From assembly GCA_016748015.1 (NCBI GenBank), contig JAAOMT010000723.1, positions 222,351-286,350 of the forward strand: a stretch of DNA of 64,000 nucleotides. Reading direction: 5' to 3'. Position numbers and translations under genes: made by a program. Source of the DNA: Geosiphon pyriformis uo1 (Eukaryota; Fungi; Glomeromycota). The notes below the pieces were generated by a model. It did not search any database. It saw only the letters and a program-made list of their open reading frames with translations, and was not told where the DNA came from. Below, piece after piece: positions 60,326 to 64,000 of the stretch (its first letter is position 1; each line of letters starts with the position of its first letter).

Positions 60326-61559
60326 AATAAAGCAATTACAAAAATAACAAAGCAATAATTAGCAATAATAGAACAGTTAAAAAGCAATCCTGTAAAACCA
60401 AAAGAATATATAAAAATGAATAATTAAGAAAGATAGAAAAAAACAGACATTTAGATACAAATGACTAGACAAAAAGCAATTCTTTTATTCTCTATTATCT
60501 CTTACTTGCTCTTAGATTCCAAAATAAATCAATTATTCAAAATCAAATTCACAAATATATGTTTTCAAAACTTCTATGTTCAAATTAAATTGAGTCATTG
60601 TTTTGTATCTCTATTTCAGAACAGATGCTCTTAGCATAATTGTCTCAAATCATTAATGATTTGGACCAATTGCTCTTGATTACAACAATTGACAATACTA
60701 ATTCTTTTTTTTTCTTTTTTTCTTTTTTTTATTTTTATTTTTTATTTTTTGTGAAGCAACAACATAGTAAAATTAACTGTTTGAGTAAAAAAGAGAAGCT
60801 CTTTTTAAGTTTTGGATATTAACATTATTTTGATAACTTACCAAAAGAGTAAAAAAAACAATATCAAACCTTAGTAACTGCATTTGTTAGCTCAGAAAAA
60901 ATAGCTTACATTTATAAAAAGTTGCAATCAGTGAAAGCCAAACCTTTGTGTCTTATAACCAACAAATTCAACAGATAAATTCACAACTAGTAAATAAGAC
61001 CTTCAGAGACTAATAATCAAGACTAAATCAATGAAATTATGTAAAACATGCATTATTAATAATTAAGAGCACCAAATGTTACTATTTTTCTATCTCACCA
61101 AGTTTACCTGTAACAACAGTTATTGATGGGATACTAACTTACCATTGTCTTAGCTTATTTCTTTAATTTCTTTTATTTTTCTTTTTTCTTTTTTTTCTTT
61201 ATTTTTTTCTTTATTGTTTACTAATTGATTAATACATAAAGGTACTAATGTTAAGATATATAGTACTGATAAAAGACCCAGAAATAAGGATAAATACTCA
61301 TAATTAAGAATAGCTTACTAGAAGATTGCTGGCCATCATGCCAAGAAAAAAATCAATAGAATTGTAATTTTGAGAAGTAATGAACAACAAAACACATTAA
61401 TTCAAAGGTTAATACTTAAAACATCACTAAAAAAAAACAATATCTAAATCTCTGTCTATTATACAAAAAACTCAACCAAAACCTTTAGATAACCAAAATC
61501 TTCAAATAATACACATTATATCAGCTATTAAGCACCAAGTTACAGGTTTGTTATTTGAT

Positions 61560-64000
61560 TTGAGACCCTAAATAATCATTTGTAACAATATATAACTAAA
61601 TATAAGTTTAATTAAAGTTAAATTACATTGAATTTATAGATAAAAACTTATTTAAAACCACTATTTTTTGCAAAATTATAATCAAATTTTAATTTTTAGT
61701 AGACAAATTATTTATATTATATTTTATTTTAAAATTAAAAAGTTTTTACTTAATTATAAACAACTTTTTAAAAATACCAATATTTTTTTATTTAAAAAAA
61801 TATACTAATTAACTTTATAATTAAAAAAACCAAAGTATTAATAAATTCAATAATAAACTTAAGTAATAAAGCCAATTTAATTAATTTAAATTTTAAAAAA
61901 CCCAATTTAAAACTAATTACAAAATAAACAATTATAATAATAATAATAAAATTAAAAAAACAGTAGTTTTAACATAAAATTTTGCATAAATAAAACAAAA
62001 CTCAAATATTTTGAAATTAATTACAGATTTAAACAAAAACTTCAGAAAAAAATATAAATATCTTGTAATTAAAGACCAAATAATTTACTTAAAACAATAT
62101 TAATATCTAAAAGTTTTTTATTAAATAAAACTTATTTTTAAAATACTAATTTTAATAATTACAATATTCAGAATTTTTAAAAAACTAAAAAATAATAATA
62201 ATATCTTTTAACTATTAAGTAAAGTTAAAAAACCAAGAAATAAAATAAGTATAATTACATATTTAAAAAACCAGATTATTAACTTTAAAAAAACACAAAA
62301 AAAAATTTAACTTAATTTTAAAAATAATAATTTTTTTTAATTTAAAAAAATTATATACTGTTTTTTTAATAAAATTAATTAATAAAACAAAGTAATATTT
62401 AAAAATTTATGTAACTTAAAATAAACAATATTGTATTATTACTAACCAATAAATTTTAATTTAATATTAATAATTTTACCAAAAATATATATAGTATTTT
62501 TAATATTATTTATAAAAATTCAAAAAAATTATTATAAAAAACAAAAACAGCAAAAACAAAACCAAACACAAAAACTACAAAAATTTTTGCAATCTTAAAA
62601 GTTTAAAAAAAAAGCTTTAATAAATTTAAGTTTAAAATACAAACTTTATATAAAATAATTTAATACTATTCTTAAAAATTAATTTTATAATAAAATTATA
62701 TACAAACTGAAAAATATTTTTAAAATAAATTAATTTAATCTTAAAAAAAACACTAAGTACCAAAATAAAAACTATTGATTCAAAAAAATTTTAATAATTA
62801 ATAATTGGTTTTTAAGCACTAATAAAAACCAAAAAAAAAAGATTTTAGGTTTTTATTTAGTTAATTTAATTTTTAAAATTAAGTAATTTAATAAGTTAAT
62901 TAAACAAAATTATATACAAAAATATAACTTGTTTTACTTTTAAAATTGGTAAAAATTAGCTAAAATTCAATATATTAAGCAATATAATTAAGTATTAATT
63001 AAAGTTAATTTTAGCAAATATATTATTATTATTATTATTTAAAAAAAGAGTTGTTATTTATAATCAAATTAAAATTAAACACTATAATTGGTAAAAATAT
63101 TATAAAATTAATATAAATATTCAAAAAATCAAATAAAATTTATATTTTATTTTTTATAAAAAAAAAACAGACTTTAAAATAACAATAAAAAAAAGCTTTT
63201 TTTTTAAGAAAATATATTAATTTTAATTTAAAAAACCATTATAAATTAACTTAATAAATCTATTTTAAAAACTTAAAACTTTCTTCAAAATTAATACTGT
63301 TTAAAAACTTATAATTATAATTAATAGTTTAAAATTAATTAGTTATCAATTTTAATAATTACTTAATTACTTTTAAACTTAAATTAAAAAAAAAACTATT
63401 TTAATTTTTTTTAATTTTTTTATTTTTATTTTTATTTTTATTTTTATTTTTTTTTATATTATTAAATAGTCTATAGTTAAGACTTTTTAACTTTTACAGC
63501 AAAGTAATTATATATTATTAAAAAACTTACAAATAAGATATTTTTGTAAAAAAGTTAATTTTTATTATAAAATAATTGGTTATTTTATTATAAATTTAAC
63601 AGCATATATAATTTAAAGTATAAAAAAATATTTCGAAGATAAATTAGCTTATTAAAGATTTATTAATTTCTATTAACAGTAAAATTAATAATAAAATAAT
63701 ATTAATAACATAAAAAAAAACAAATTAAGATATTATATTAAAAAAGTATATAACTAATTTATGTTTTTAATTATAAAATTATTTATTATCTTAAATTAAA
63801 CTTGATTTTTTATTAAACACAAAATTATTTTTATAATTATATAATTTAAAATTCCAAATATGTAATAATTAATTATTTTATTAATAAATATTAAAATAAT
63901 ATTAAATTAATTTTTTTTTAATAATATTTAATGTTTTTTTAATTAATAATAATAATAATTTTTAAATATTATAATTATTTTAATTTTATATAATAATTTA
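61560..64000. other. Extremely AT-rich decayed non-coding sequence
   Basis: No ORFs and almost no CpG. Includes a (TTTTTA)n run at about 63405-63455. Confidence 0.75.

Noticed and set aside
60700-61560. Relic transposase coding sequence
   Set aside because: Slightly higher GC suggests a decayed TE, but I could not recover any diagnostic motif.

Overview
Eukaryotic, most likely fungal, genomic DNA. The short GT-AG introns, AT richness and gene content resemble early-diverging fungi (Mucoromycota/Glomeromycotina), but that assignment is inference. The window has three compartments. (1) 1-38.4 kb is a CpG-depleted retroelement nest. Two decayed full-length LINEs (ORF1 RRM/zinc knuckle; ORF2 APE-RT-RNase H) lie tail to tail, and each is interrupted antisense by a full-length copy of the same ~10 kb Ty3/Gypsy family. 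A third LTR end sits at 1-635. (2) 39-59 kb is a compact, CpG-retaining gene island: CDC27, PPIL4/Rct1, an unknown gene, FUN14-like, a small TM ORF, a divergent profilin-like gene, a SAP-TKL kinase with WNK-type lysine placement, GNA1, an EcsC-like gene, TM9SF/EMP70 and a membrane DnaJ. (3) Extremely AT-rich decayed flanks. The most striking system is the Gypsy family. It has an ATG-less but selectively constrained N-terminal Gag extension, a triple-zinc-finger insert plus dUTPase between protease and RT, an integrase in its own ORF, and an extra 239-aa ORF running into the 3' LTR. Its 4-bp target-site duplications reconstruct to CpG-centred sites. One N-gap with an exact 452-bp duplication is an assembly artefact.
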